From: Felis catus | Lineage: Eukaryota | NCBI RefSeq assembly: GCF_018350175.1 | Contig: NC_058373.1 | Span: 113,772,001-113,836,000, forward strand | Length of the DNA: 64,000 bases | Direction of reading: 5' to 3' | Part shown: positions 22,766 through 36,196 of the stretch, piece after piece | Layout: every line of letters begins with the position of its first letter | How positions within the stretch are numbered: the stretch's first letter is position 1 | Notes under the pieces: generated by a model | The model's database searches: none | What the model saw: the letters and a program-made list of their open reading frames with translations, nothing else | What the model was told of the DNA's origin: nothing | Made by a program: the position numbers and the translations under genes

Positions 22766-24325
22766 CAACCAGATCAGTCATTTGAGCACAATGGATGCTA
22801 GGTAGTTGACTAACTACCGCGTTCATTACATCTTTAATAAAATATCTTTTATAAAACAGTGAACAGGTGATGTATTTGTCTTTGGAACCTCAATTCAATT
22901 ACTGACCCACTTGGGAGGTTCTTTTGGAGTCCAACAAACCAAATACATAAAACCAGTACACATGCTTACAAGGGCTAACGGTGGCAGAATATTCTAGTTG
23001 AAGGGGTAAGGTGGGAAATCATGATATGCTATCATGTGCCAGCATATGCTATGGTTCAACTTATAATGGAGGTTTGGGCTAGGAACTCTAATGGAGAGAA
23101 ACAGTCTGCTCTTCTCCATTAGGAAGCTGGTGTGTTACGCAATGTTGTAAATAGGGAATGGCAACCCTTATTAATAGAAAATGCCTGCCAAAAACTGCCT
23201 GTCTTGGAGATTGTACAGCTAGGGAAGTACATAGATGGTATCTGGGAGGATCCATCCATTTAATAAATATTTATAAACCACATGCTCTGTGCCAGGTACT
23301 GTTCTAGGTACTGAAAAGATAGTAAACAAGACTAAGCCCTGTCCTCATAGAACTTTGTTGTTACAAAGAAATAAGTAATATATTTCAAATTGTGATAAAC
23401 CTTGAGAAGAAAATAGGGCAAGAGAACAGGATAGAGTGAATGAAGTAAATTTTAACAAATGCCTGGATCTGTGACTTTCTTGTCAAAAGCTCAGGGTTTT
23501 GAGTTTTTTCTGCTGGGAGAGGACATTTGGTTTATAGGCTTACTTAGTTCACAGAAAAAAAAAAAAAAAAGGACTGTGTTTGGATTAGCTAATTGCCAAA
23601 AGAAAGAAAATTTAAACCAGTTCCTGAGAAGTTAGTATATTTCTCTGCTGTTTTAAAATTAAATTATGGTGAACCTTGCATGGCCCAATATTAGTATGAA
23701 ATTTATTTCTAGCTTGATTCATGTTCCTCTGTATTCGTTGCCTTATCTGAAGAACTTTGGCTATCTTAAGTAAACTTCTGGGCTCCAGTTTTCTTAATCA
23801 TCCAATGGAATTATTAATAATAATTGCCAATCATGGGTTCTGGAAAGATTGGTGTTATCAAAATAATTATAAAATGTTTTATATAAATTTGTAGGCCAAA
23901 AGAGAGAGGAAGCATTTCTTATTAAAATTGAGCAAGTGATTTAGCCTCTCTGGGTCTTAGTTTTTCCAATGCTAAAACAAAGTATTTGCAGTATTGCCAG
24001 GAATGTTAGAAAACAGATCCTCTCAGTGCTGGTTCAAATAGAAACTGGTACAACCTTTCTGGTGAGCTAAGTGGCAGAATAGTTACAGGTTCTTTAAAAT
24101 GTGCATACCCTTTTGCCCCAAGGAACAAAATTGAATAGGTGTTTAAGTGTGTATGTTTAAGGATATTTATCACACTATTGTTTATAATGTCTAGAGATAG
24201 TAAACAAATGTTGAACGCTAGGAATTTTGGTGCATTCCATGTGGAATTCTATGCAGCTACTAAAGATGATGATAGTATCAATAGATATTAATAGAATTGG
24301 AAAGAAAGTCACAGTGTCCTACATT

Positions 24326-24372
24326 TGTGGTCATCTGTGATTTTGTGGTCATCTGTGATGTGTGGTCATCTG
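24326..24372. repeat. Short tandem repeat, tgtggtcatctg x3 (17-18 bp period)
   Basis: Copies at 24326, 24344 and 24361. Confidence 0.9.
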
Positions 24373-24771
24373 AGTCGATTTTGAATCTACTCAGTAATTA
24401 CTGAGTACTACACATTATACTAATAGGCTTTGTTCAGATATTATCTCCCTGAAGTTTCATATGAACCCAAGTAAGAATAATCTGGGACCTCCTTTTGCAG
24501 ATGAAGGAACCAAGGATCAGAAGACTAAAGTAACTTGTCCAAATCCTTCAATTCAGAGGCAGCAGAGTCAGAATTTATACCTAGCCAATTGACTTCAGCT
24601 ACCACAGTCTGAAACCGTGGGTTAGACTGCCTCTGTGAACTCTCTACATGGGCTGACCATCACAGGTATAGCGTGAAAACTTCTTCACACCCTTTCCTGT
24701 CACTGCACTCCTACTTGAGAGTCCTTTGGCCTGGGTATGTGGCAGAGGAAGGGGTGACTCACCCTTTAATA

Positions 24772-24994
24772 CAGAAGTCAGCAGACTCCAGCCCATGGGC
24801 CAAAGCCGGCCTGCTGCCTGTTTTTGTCAGTCAAGTGTTACTGTAACGCAGCCATCCTTACGCATTTAGGTCTTGCCTATTGCTGCTTTTACACAGCAAG
24901 GCAGAAATGAATAGTTTTAATAGAGACCATATGGCTCACAAAGCCTAAAATTTGTGTTATCTTGTCCTTTACAGAAAAAGTTTGCTAACCCCTG
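24772..24994. mobile_element. MER58A-like hAT-Charlie MITE
   Basis: cag...cagcccatgggccaaa...cctttacagaaaaagtttgctaacccctg; 8-bp TSD ctttaata (24764-24771) / ccttaata (24995-25002). Confidence 0.88.
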
Positions 24995-27144
24995 CCTTAA
25001 TATATTAGAAATCTGGAAGGATGTGTGCCTTATTACAGTGACCACTTTTCTTTCCTTAAAGAGGCGAATTTTTAAAACAAACCAGTGTTAGGGTTATTGT
25101 CCTCCAGCAGTACAGGCCACAGGCATACAGGCAGTTGCTGAAGGGTTTTCTGAGGAGGTGAACAAGAGCAGTCTATTTCAGGACTACTGAAGGCCCTCTG
25201 TGCTTGGCTGACTGGCAGTCTCTGGGCCTTCCTTGCCTTGAAACTCTGCCTGTTGCTGCTCCTCGGAGATGGAATGTGTATTCACAAGCGAGGCACTCCA
25301 TTAGTCATGGTGCATTTCCTGGGCCCTGGAGACATGGGCATGACATCACCAATGGCCAATGAGAAAGGATCCTCTGTAGCGGGAGCCCTGAAACCTCTTT
25401 GGAGGACTATAGGCTGTGTGTTCTGTTCCTAGCCCTCAGGGTACGATTTGAGACTGCCTTCCTCATCCAGCCATATTCCGGGCACAAAAGTCTAGCTTCC
25501 AGACCCAAGAGGCCAGGATAAGCTTGAAAATCTGCAGAGCTGGAGGCAGATTCCCATTTAGTATTTTTTTCCAGGGCTCAGGTTTTTATTCCCACAGAGT
25601 TTTCCACTCCTAATGACGTTGTTACTTTATGTGGTGAAGGGTGGGTGGTGAAAGATGAAGTCTGCATTAGATAAAAGACACTTGGCAGTTAAAATTTCTG
25701 GATAAGTATAGGTTGGTAGCATAACAAAATCAGAAGCATATTTTGCTGTTTTGTTACATTGCTTTTGTGTGTAGTTTAACATAATAAAACAACATCTTTT
25801 AACAGCAAAAGCTCCTAGCAAAATTAGTGTGGCTTAGAATAGGGGCAATTACCAAAGGAACTTTACTGAGGGGATTAGTAACTCATTAAATCTTTTATCT
25901 TCAAGAAGAAAAGAATTTTTTTTTCTTAAGATTGAAGTACTTTGGATAAACCACTCCCCCCTCCCCTGCTTCCTAATTTATATATTTATTTATTTATGAA
26001 AATGATTTGTGAAAGTTAGTTTCAGATAACTTTGTTAATTCAGTGTACCAGAAATTTTATTGAGATCTTGTTTTATAATTGGTAGTAACTGCTCAATTTT
26101 TTGCTATCAACCCATAATTGTAAAACTCCCCCTTTAAAAATTATTCAGGGAAACAGAGGCTCAGGATTTAATGTGAGATTATACTGGACAGGCTTTTGTA
26201 GTTTAATTCAGGAATTGAACTCAAGAGCTGTGTTTTCCAGTCTTCATAGGCAATCTATGGTTGAATGTGAACGATTCCTTTCGTACTTTTTCATGTTTGA
26301 ATCTTTTTTGATGAAGTCTAAGAGAAATTGGGAAACAGCCATTTTTGTTAGTATATTATCCGTGGCTATCATAAACTGCAGATGATACCACTCCTATGGT
26401 TTTTAAAAAAGATTCCTTGTAATTTCTTCAAGATGAAGATAATTATTTTTTTATCATTATAGAGGCTTTTTTTACTTTGAAAATCACTGGAAAGCACATG
26501 AATTTATTCCTGTTTCCAAAGAATAAATATATCAGTAATTACAAGAATTTCCTCTAGAACTGTGTAATCTACTGTAAAAAAGGATACTTTTTAGCACTTC
26601 CAAGATCCTCACTCAAAGTTATCTATGCAGTTCAGAAAATTAAAATTTCAAAACATTTTTTTAGCTTTAATAGATGAGGAAACTAAGCTACAGAAAGATG
26701 ACATCTCCAGCCTTATGCTGTGCATAGAACCAGATATTGGAAGCATAAATCATTCTTGTCAAAATCTTTAAGAGGACATTTCTCTGCACCTTTACGTAAA
26801 GTTGTTCTTGTTTTCCTTTGATAGCTTCGTACTTTGCCTCATTAACAACAGTGCTTGTTTTTTACAATCATTTGATTGGGACAGGAGAGCAGGTTAGTCT
26901 AGCCTAGGCAGAACTGGACAGGGGTCAGTTATCTAACAGGTGAAGGTGTGGGGTTGGGGCTCCATGTGCTCTCCTGCCTCACTCCTGCAAAAGGACTTCA
27001 TTCTCCTTCATGTCATCTCCCAGTTTCTACCACTTGAACTAATATTTGCCACCTCCCAGAGGATTATCATGAATACTCATGAGTTTAATGTTGATAAAGT
27101 GCTTGTAGCCTTTTGGAAGCGAGGTCTTAAAAAATAAAAGAAAA

Positions 27145-27382
27145 GGGGCGCCTGGGTGGCTCAGTTGGTTAGGCGTCCGACTTCGGCCCAGGTCATGATC
27201 TCGCAGTTCGTGAGTTCAAGCCCTGTGCTGACAGCTCAGAGCCTGGAGCCTGCTTCAGATTCTGTGTCTCCCTCTCTCTCTGCCCCTGCCTAGCTCATGC
27301 CGCTCTCTCTCTGTGTCAAAAATAAATAAACTTAAAAAAAATTTTTTTAAATAAAAAAATAAAATAAATTTTTAAAAATTTT
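27145..27382 (+). mobile_element. Can-SINE
   Basis: ggggcgcctgggtggctcag head, CT tract, long A/T tail. Confidence 0.96.
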
Positions 27383-27553
27383 AAGAAAAAGGTCTTTTGT
27401 AAGCACATGGTTAGTATTGGTCCCACTACCAGTGACAGATTTCTTGACTGGTCAGTAGGCACTCTTGGATGAGATGAACCATATCTCTATTGTGGTGAGG
27501 ACAGATTCTGGAGTGAGTCCACTGCTGCCTCGAAAGTTTATGTCTGGTTTGAT

Positions 27554-27758
27554 GGGGCACCTGGGTGGCGCAGTCGGTTAAGCGTCCGACTTCAGCCAGG
27601 TCACGATCTCGCGGTCCGTGAGTTCGAGCCCTGCGTCGGGCTCTGGGCTGATGGCTCGGAGCCTGGAGCCTGTTTCCGATTCTGTGTCTCCCTCTCTCTC
27701 TGCCCCTCCCCCGTTCATGCTCTGTCTCTCTCTGTCCCAAAAATAAATAAACGTTGAA
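27554..27758 (+). mobile_element. Young SINEC_Fc-type SINE with almost no A-tail
   Basis: 21-bp flanking direct repeat with 1 mismatch at 27532-27552 and 27756-27776. Confidence 0.97.
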
Positions 27759-29061
27759 AGTATATGTCTGGTTTGAAATGTTGAAGGCCAGGTGATCCTT
27801 ACAGCAGCTACACAGGAACATCTCCTCATTGCTGCTGTTTCCTGCTAATTGGGTGTGGGGGGGGCACAGCAGATGCCTCCCTCAAAACCCTCTCCCAGTG
27901 TTTGGCATGCCATGCTGATCATCTTGGTAAACCCAGAAGAAAACTCCCGAAAGGCTAGAAAGGCTAGTCCAGAATGTGACAGCTGGAGGTCATGACAGAT
28001 AATCAGATTGGTTTATGAAATGTTAAGGATGAGTCATGTCACTCCTAAACGGATCGGCATCAATTTATTACACAAAACCAAACACTGAAGGAAGAAAAGC
28101 CTTTAGTCTCATTAAGGAACCCAGACAAAAATCCCACTTAATCCATCGTGCTTTTCCTTTTCCTCCAACTCAGCTGGTGTGCAGGTGTAGGGCAGCTTGG
28201 CAGAAGCTGTGAACATTTGGAAAAAGGAGTCATTACTGAAAGTCACTGACACACACTTCCCTTGGAATGCTGCTGATGTCATGGAAAACAGGGACCTTAG
28301 CAATAACCCCTAACAACCAGAGCTACAGTAAATAGTAAATGTTACCTCCACCAAGGCATTGGTTTTTAAAGAGTTTTAACAGGCCAGGGCTTGCCAGCCA
28401 CAACTCATAAAAATGTTCTTATAATTTTACCCTACTCTCTAAAAGCACTGGATAACTGCTGAAGTTTCTCTGCCACTTGAGGACGCAAAGCCAAATTTGT
28501 GTCAGTTTCAAGGTTCACTAATCAAAATTTACAGCACTTCTTTTCCAGTCCTCTTCATCCCCCCTGCCATGCTCATGGAGTTTGGCCTGGTAAATTTAAT
28601 ACTTTTTCAAAGAAGTCTCTTGTCTTACTGAGTTGCCTGAATTTCTGGTTATGGGGTGAATCTATGTGCTAGGTTTTGCCCAGTGTTTTATTAGCCTAGT
28701 GGTTAACCTAGTCTGGTTAATTTGTAGCCCTTAATCTATAGGTTATATTCCAACCAATTTGAAGCAGTTGGGCAAGAGTGACATCCTATAGTTCAAACTC
28801 TGAACGAGGTGCATGGCAAAAGAACAAACGGCACATGCTGTCATACAGAACTGTCCAGAATGGTTACTGTCAACAGTATAAGAAAGCAAAAGAAGACACA
28901 GAACCAAGAGATCATAAGGAATTTTCTCCCTCAATTGGCTGTCTTTTAGGAGAAGAGGCTGGTGGGATATTACCATGTAACAAACGCAGCATGGCTTCTT
29001 TTAGACCTGTCCACACAGTGGGAAGAAGCAGAATGCTTGTATTCCTTTTGCGAGGCATTGT

Positions 29062-29189
29062 CAGGGTGACTATATAATTATCATCCAAACTAGAATACTT
29101 TTGAGAGTGAAGGCTTGTACTAATGATTACTCTGGAGCAATAGAACTAGACTGGGACTGCCTCAGGCAAAGGGGGCACATGGTCCCCTC
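29062..29189. mobile_element. MER94-like hAT relic
   Basis: cagggtgactatataattatcatccaaac...gagagtgaa...acatggtcccct termini. Confidence 0.6.
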
Positions 29190-29444
29190 ATCATTGTGCC
29201 AATGCACACGCAGCCCAAGCCTTTTGAGGAGGCAATCTTGACAATGCCAGAGAAAGAAGACTCGTCATGCAGTGTGGACTGTCTCACAAGAAAACAAGTC
29301 TAGTCTTAGAATTAGTAGGCTAAGTAATGAACTCTGTCACTGTAAGATGTCCCTAAGTTAAAACCTCAAGTAAAGTAAGCTTGAATTCACTCTTAATTTA
29401 CCCAGTTTTGAACAGTTTTGAACATACTTTTTATTACTATTGAC

Positions 29445-29945
29445 TAGTGGCTCTTAGAATGAAGTCTGAGATCCCAGGAGATCTTTCAAGGAATCTGTGG
29501 GGTCAACTGTTTTCATCATAATATTAACACATTATATTTACCTTTTTCATTCTCATTTTCTCACAAGCATACAGTGGAGTTGTCTAGAGGGCCTCTAAAG
29601 TATGATATTTTAACAACTTGAATGAAGAACCAGATATCAGACTCCAGCTGTCATCTACGAAGCCAGACATTAAAGGGATTTGTAAGAATGTACAATGCCA
29701 TTCTTCTCACCAAATTATATTGTTTTAGAAAATAGTTATTCTTCATTAAATCATTATTTATGCTAAGATGTCATGGGCTTATTAGTGTTATTTTTAAATG
29801 AATTAACAAATAAATGCTTTAAAAATTCATCAGTTTTCATTTCTAAGATGGTAAACATATCCCCTATAAATAAAAACTGTGAATCTTTAATGGTATTTAA
29901 GAGTGTGAATGGGTCCCAAGAGCAAAAAGGTTTTAGAAATGCTGC
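29445..29945 (+). mobile_element. hAT-Charlie non-autonomous relic
   Basis: ccagctgtcatctacgaagccagacattaaagggatttgt resembles the 3' end of a Charlie transposase; terminus gggtcccaagag...ttagaaatgctg. Confidence 0.65.
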
Positions 29946-31099
29946 CCTAGACCTTTCTCATTCCTTGGAAGGAACATGCAGATACAGTGAGATGATAAAT
30001 TTCCTGATGAGAGACACCAGTTTATTCATTGTTGCATCTACTACAACACCTAGCAAGATGCCTTGCATGTTGTTAGTGCTCTGTGTAAACATGAAGACAA
30101 AGTTCCCAGAACTCTGAAATTTACCAGATTCTCTTATATCTGGGTGTTACATTAACATTATTGTTTGGTTTGTTTTAAGTCTTTGTCTTTTGCTATGTAA
30201 TGTGTTCTAGTACTCTTTATTAAATAATCTTATTTTGACACAATTATGATGCCATTTTTCATTACCCAGCATCTTGTTTCTGTAGCGTACAACTTTTAGA
30301 TCTTATTCATCAGCCTGTTGATGCTATTTCTTTTTCAAAGACATAGTTAGCATCCCCCAATTTTTTGATACTCTTTTTTAACTATCATGGCTTGCTGTAT
30401 CAAAGCAGCTGACTGTTGTTTCCTTCAAGAATTAACTCATCTTTCTGGATTTAAGATACCCTGCAGGTGTTTCTTCTTTCCAAGGAGAATGTGTTCTATA
30501 TTGATGTGACTGCAGGTCCCCCATAGGGTTCCCCTGGGGCCCTTCACAATAACTGTGTGTCTCTTCAGAGTGATGTTGCCATTTTCTGGAATATGTCGAC
30601 AGTCTGATTGTTGAGAATAGTGTCCATTCTCGCAGCAGATGCAGCAAAGAGAGGTGAAGCTTTTTAAAAAACGTCATAGACCATGGTTTCCATAGTACTG
30701 AAAAACACTTTTAGTAGAAGCCATAATTTGATACAAGATCGAATCCTTACTTATGACCTTACATGTAAACCAATATATATCCACCTGCCTCTCCACACTT
30801 ACAAACTTCTTTGTAGAGTCCAAATCTTTTAAGTCTTTAAAGTTCACCTATTTCTTGAACAGGATTAAGAGTACACTTACCAAGATGAGGTCTGAGCAAT
30901 GGAGAGAATTGTTGAATTACTATATTATACACCTAAAACTAATATAATACTGTCGACTATACTGGAATTTAAAATTTTCACCCATTTCTGAGAATGTGAT
31001 TTTTCTCAATATTAGAAATTAGTTCCATTAGCAAAAAGGGAAAAATTACGAAATAATTTTTGTATATAGGTTCAACTGTGTCATAAAAAAACATTGCAT

Positions 31100-31322
31100 G
31101 GGGCGCCTAGGTGGCTCAGTCTGTTAAGCGTCCGACTTCGGCTCAGGTCATGACCTCACGGTCCGTGAGTTCGAGCCCTGCGTCGGGCTCTGTGCTGACA
31201 GCTCGGAGCCTGGAACCTGCTTCAGATTCTGTGTCTCCCTCTCTCTCCGACCCTCCCCTTTCATGCTTTGTCTCTCTCTGTCTCAAAAATAAATAAACAT
31301 TAAAAAAAAATTAAAAAAAAAA
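31100..31322 (+). mobile_element. Can-SINE
   Basis: Full head, B-box gagttcgagccc, CT tract and A-tail. Confidence 0.97.
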
Positions 31323-33472
31323 TTCATGATTTTTTTTATAGTTTTTTCTTTCAAGTGAAAATATTATCTTCTGATTTTAAGATTTTTTTCTTGAGCTAGA
31401 AATACTGCTTTTTAAAATATCTGCTTAATTTGCTTCATCTCCAAGACCTGAAATTAATCTGCTACTTTGTAAATGAACATAGCAGGATATACTGAGGCCA
31501 CAGTTTATTTGGGTAGCAGCATTATTTTTATGATTTAATAATAACGGCCATTATATAGGACATGTGAAAGTTAAGATCTAAGTTTATGAAGCTAGTTTTT
31601 AATGACCTGCATTCTGCTTGGTTTTAGGTAGCATCTTCTCAGAGTACTATTAGTTATATAAATCTCCAAGTTTCTTTTTCTTGAGACCTAACATCTTGGA
31701 TAATGACTTACCAAACCTATGTTCGAATCTTTGATCAGAAAACAGAGGGGGCCAGGGAGAGAGAGGGAGGGGAAAAAGCATCACAGTTCTTATTAAGTCC
31801 CCATTAAAAAAGGGATTGGCAAGGGGAGATTAGCATGTTGTGTGAGATGGAATCCTAAAGGAATACTGCTTTTTGTGAACAAGGCACTGGCAGGATGGGA
31901 ATGGGAGAGCTGGATGTTTCTTTTGACTTCACTACTCTAAATATCAGTGTGATTTCAGCAGATCACCTTCCTTCTCTTAGCTGCTATTAGTTTCCTAGCT
32001 GTAAAATGAGGCTGGATTAGATGGCCTCTAAGGTCCCTTTCAGATCATCTAATTCTACGATTTGTTTTGTACTCTGTCAGAATTTCATGTTCTTGAAGTC
32101 CCTAGTTGACAAATACGGTGTGGGAGGAAATGACACAGTTTTGAATAACCAAAATGGATTTTGTCCGCACTTATGTGCTAATCCCCAAAGAAGAAGAAAA
32201 TACAAACGAGCCAGGGGCCAAACATGAAAATGGTGACAGTGAGGAAAACATTGAAGCAGACAGCTGAAAGCTTCATATCCTGGCCCGCCTGCCATGAGAA
32301 AGGCTGAGCCTGCCAAATCCTTCAGGCAATCAAGGCCAGAACTTTGGCTAGCTCTTATTTTGAGCGCCACCCACCCCCCCCCATACCACATACACAAACC
32401 ACTCAGGAAAATTGTCTCTCTCTCTCTCTCTCTCTCTCTCTTCATATTTGTGCCTTTTGGCTATACTTCAATGTATGCCAAGTTCTTGCCTAATCCCCTT
32501 CCTTCCAGCTGTCACTATATTCAGCCTGTTGCTCTCCGGGGCTTGAGAAACAGCTGCAGTCTTCAGTGGGGGCACAGGGGTGGTGGCCTTGGTGGTGGGG
32601 TGTCGTTAGGGTGTGTAGTCAGTCAGAACTAAGTCACTTTTACCTGGTTTACGGACATTTCCAACAGTGTTCTCACTCTCCTTCCTTGGCAAATGTCAGA
32701 ACTGATGGCTTTAATTTTTTTCCCCTTCCCTTGCTCTTTGGGGAGGTTTATCCCCCTTCCACATTCCTCAGCCTTTTTGTCTGCGAACATCCTGTGGAAG
32801 ATTTGGTTTGTCTTAGGTTCTTTTGCCAGACTGCTCATCGTCTTTTATTTATTTTTTTTCTTTTTTCCACATAAAACATATTTATCTATTGAGAGAGCTA
32901 AAGATGGATAACCAGAGCCTCTGTACTCTCTCACAAGACTAGAAGTTGGATCCCTTCTCGTCTCTGACAGTGTATCCCAAACCATTAGGTCTTCCAAGGC
33001 CCAGAGAGCTCTTGGCCATTCGCTGCCTGTCAGGCCGCAGCTGGTGGAGAGCTGGCTCTAGGACCCTTTCACCTCTGGCCTGTGCCACGTTCCCACGGAG
33101 ATTTCTTGCATACACCTCCTGTTGGCTCTCTGTGATGGCAGCTGAGCAAAGAGGCCCTTGGTTCTCATCCTTTTAGAAAACCAAGAAAGAATCAGTGAAT
33201 CTTATTGAAGAATCTTGTCTGAATATAAGGAGAAGCCATGTATTAGGAAGGTTTTAAATTGTCGCACTGTGCACAGACTGACTTTGCTGGCCTGAATGTT
33301 AGAAGGAAAACAAAACAAAAATCCTACACAGTCATTATCTTTTGAGCATTTCCCTTTTGTTCATGAATAGAGCTCTTTTAGACACAATGGGTTGTTCTTC
33401 TCTGCCACTCTTTCTAGAAACTCCATCAACTCTCTTGCCCTATGCCTAGTGGTGCCAGTTCATACCTCTTTT

Positions 33473-33681
33473 TTTTTTTTAATGCTTATTTTTGAGAGAG
33501 ACAGAGACAGAATGCAAGTGGGTTAGGGGCAGAGAGAGAGGGAGACACAGAATCCAAAGCAGGCTCCCTATCAGCTGTGCTGACAGCTCAGAGCCTGAAT
33601 CGGGCCTCGAGCTTATGAGCTGTGAGATCATGACCTAAGCCAAAGACAGACGCTCAACCGACTGAGCCACCCAGGCGCCCC
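33473..33681 (-). mobile_element. Can-SINE with internal micro-inversion
   Basis: TSD catacctctttt at 33461-33472 and 33682-33693; segment 33575-33597 reads in the opposite orientation. Confidence 0.95.
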
Positions 33682-36196
33682 CATACCTCTTTTTATGTAA
33701 GAGGAACCCCACATAGTCTTCAGAGCCTTGTGAAAAAAACAAAACTCAAAGTGTGCCCTGTATGTGGGTTTGTCTGATGGTTTCTCATGTCTGTGTGTAT
33801 TTTATTTCGTATAATTTACATGTTAATTGGTATTAAATTCAAACAGGTGAGTCTTGTCAAAATTTTTGGTGATAGGATCTTGTTTAACTTTGTACATACC
33901 GTATAAAGTCTGTTTATTTATATTGGGGATACAATACTACTACATTTATCTTTCATTTCTGCCTATTTTCCTCAGTCCTGGACTTGTTTGCCTGTGTTGT
34001 TCCTAATACCCAAGTGATCCTCTGTCACTCATCCTTTCCCCCCAGTCCATGTATTTTTTGCATTGTGACTGGAAGGGCCCTCAGGTTTTGACCATCCAAG
34101 CTCTTCATTTTATAGATGACAAAAAGTAAGCCTGCAAAAGGGACATTTTTAGGCCAAGGTCATATACCTGCTAGAGCCTAGGCTCACAAGTGTTTTTTTA
34201 CTATACTACCCCAGGCTCCACATGTCAGGAATTTTCCAAAGCACTAGACTAGTAATAACTATTTCAACAGCTAGTGAGTGCATGCTACTGGAAAGGGCAC
34301 AGGTTTTGGAGCCACATTTGGGTTTGGATATCTTGTGCTACCCTCTACTGGCAGGGTAAATTGGGCAAGTAACTAAAACTTGTGGGGATTCTTTCATCCT
34401 TCTTAATATGGGAATAATAACAATAATACATTCAGGTTATTGTAAGTATTGGATTGTATAATCTGTATAAAGTACCCATCATACATATGTTTAATAAATT
34501 AGTTACAAAAAGCTGATCATAGGGAAATGTTATATGCAGAAATAATTTAAAATAGGTATTTTATAACTGGCTACTCTGACCCTCTCTTATTCAATAGTAT
34601 TCCCCTAAACTCAGCATTGAAGTATGAATGAAATGAGTTGTCTGGAAATGAATTCCTGCAAGTTATTTATACCATGACTGTGATTCATGCATTTCCCTTT
34701 TCTCTATGGCTTTCATCTGTACTTGGCTGCAGTGCATCTTGTCCAAAAATTTTTGTACAAGTTTGAACTCACCCAAAGAAGACATCTGGAGTGTACTTGG
34801 GTTTATCCCCTGCTTTTTTTTTTTTTTAGCTAAACACTAGGATATAAATCTAAAATATAATTTATGTAGAAGGTTATATTCATATTTTTGAGAAGTTTGA
34901 GGTCTTTAGTGTTATTCTGAAATTCATTGAATTATGTAATGAATGGCTTCAATATAAAATTATATGTACCTGTTTGGAGTATAGGTAGAAGTTATCACAC
35001 TCAACACAAAGGGGCCCAAGATTGCTTTGTTAGAAGGAAGCAGAACTACGCTGTCTGAACCCAGTAGTATGGAGACAAGGAGCGAGTTAGAAAACAAAAG
35101 CTAAGATTGAATTAGCAAAGGCCAGAGGCAGCAAAAGAATGTTCGGAAGCTTCAGAATTAGTGATTCAGGAGAATTTCAGTTGAGGGCTTCTCAGATTGC
35201 ATAAATGTCGTTGGCTGACTGGAATTCACTTAAGACTGAAGTGTATGGAAGGATTTTAAGAAACTAGATAGAATGAATTTTACCTCCCTAATAAAGAGAG
35301 GGCTCCGGAGAAGGAGTTTTGGCTTCAATTTTAGACAGATATTAAGTGCAACTAGAAAGAAACACTATGTGCTTTGCACATGGTGGGGTCCTCCTTCTGG
35401 AACCCTTGATTGCCAAGGGACTTTCAAGCTTATGTAATTTGGTCCATAACTATGATTAGACATGCAAAAGGTGTACACACTCTTAGAGTTTCCTTGATTA
35501 CTTTTTCAGTAAGATGAAAGTGAAAGAGAATGTAGCAGTGGTTAAGGATCAAACGTTTGTTCCTTGTGCCTGTTCGTACCTAATGTCCTGCATTAGATTA
35601 AGAGCCTTGGTCCAGTAGTTTCTTAAAGATAAAAAGTATGCATGATTTTGAAAGGATATTGGACAATCAAGTATGGCCAGGAAGTAGAAGGTGCTATTTT
35701 GCTATATTATGGGTTCATCCAGATGGGATCAAACCAGAGGAATTTGGCAAGCATTGGGACTCACCACTTAGAACCACACTGGAATAGTTGTGGTAGCAAA
35801 AGAATTTCTCCAGGAGTCTTATTCCACTTGAGGCATAACAGCCAAAGATTCCTGGCTCTTGAGGGGAAGAGTGCCAAAGTTGATAAATTTTAGAACGATC
35901 AACTGAAGTCTATAAATTCAGGAGAAATAGTTCAATTAGATGACACCGGGGCTATGTATTCCCATAGTTTTCAGACAGAAGAAATACTGTGAGTAAATGT
36001 GTCTTCATAATTTGTTCTTCCCTAATCTCATGTCCACCCATCGAGATTTAACATACTACAGTTTAATAAATAAGAAGATTATAAAAGAATATTACACTAA
36101 TAGCTTGTGTTTGGCATCTTCTCTGTTCTTCTTGATATTCTGACATATTATGTATGCCATTTTTATAGGAAATTCTGACATATATGCCATTTTTAT

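Noticed and set aside
27145..27230. tRNA-like A/B boxes as tRNA genes
   Set aside because: They are SINE heads followed by CT tracts and A-tails, with no complete cloverleaf.
28778..29077. 99-aa ORF
   Set aside because: No canonical ATG start, no recognisable domain or splice context, and it runs into a hAT relic.
35040..35940. Purine-rich stretch that might be a decayed CR1 ORF or processed pseudogene
   Set aside because: I could not recover any convincing peptide motif by eye; it needs a BLASTX/Dfam search.
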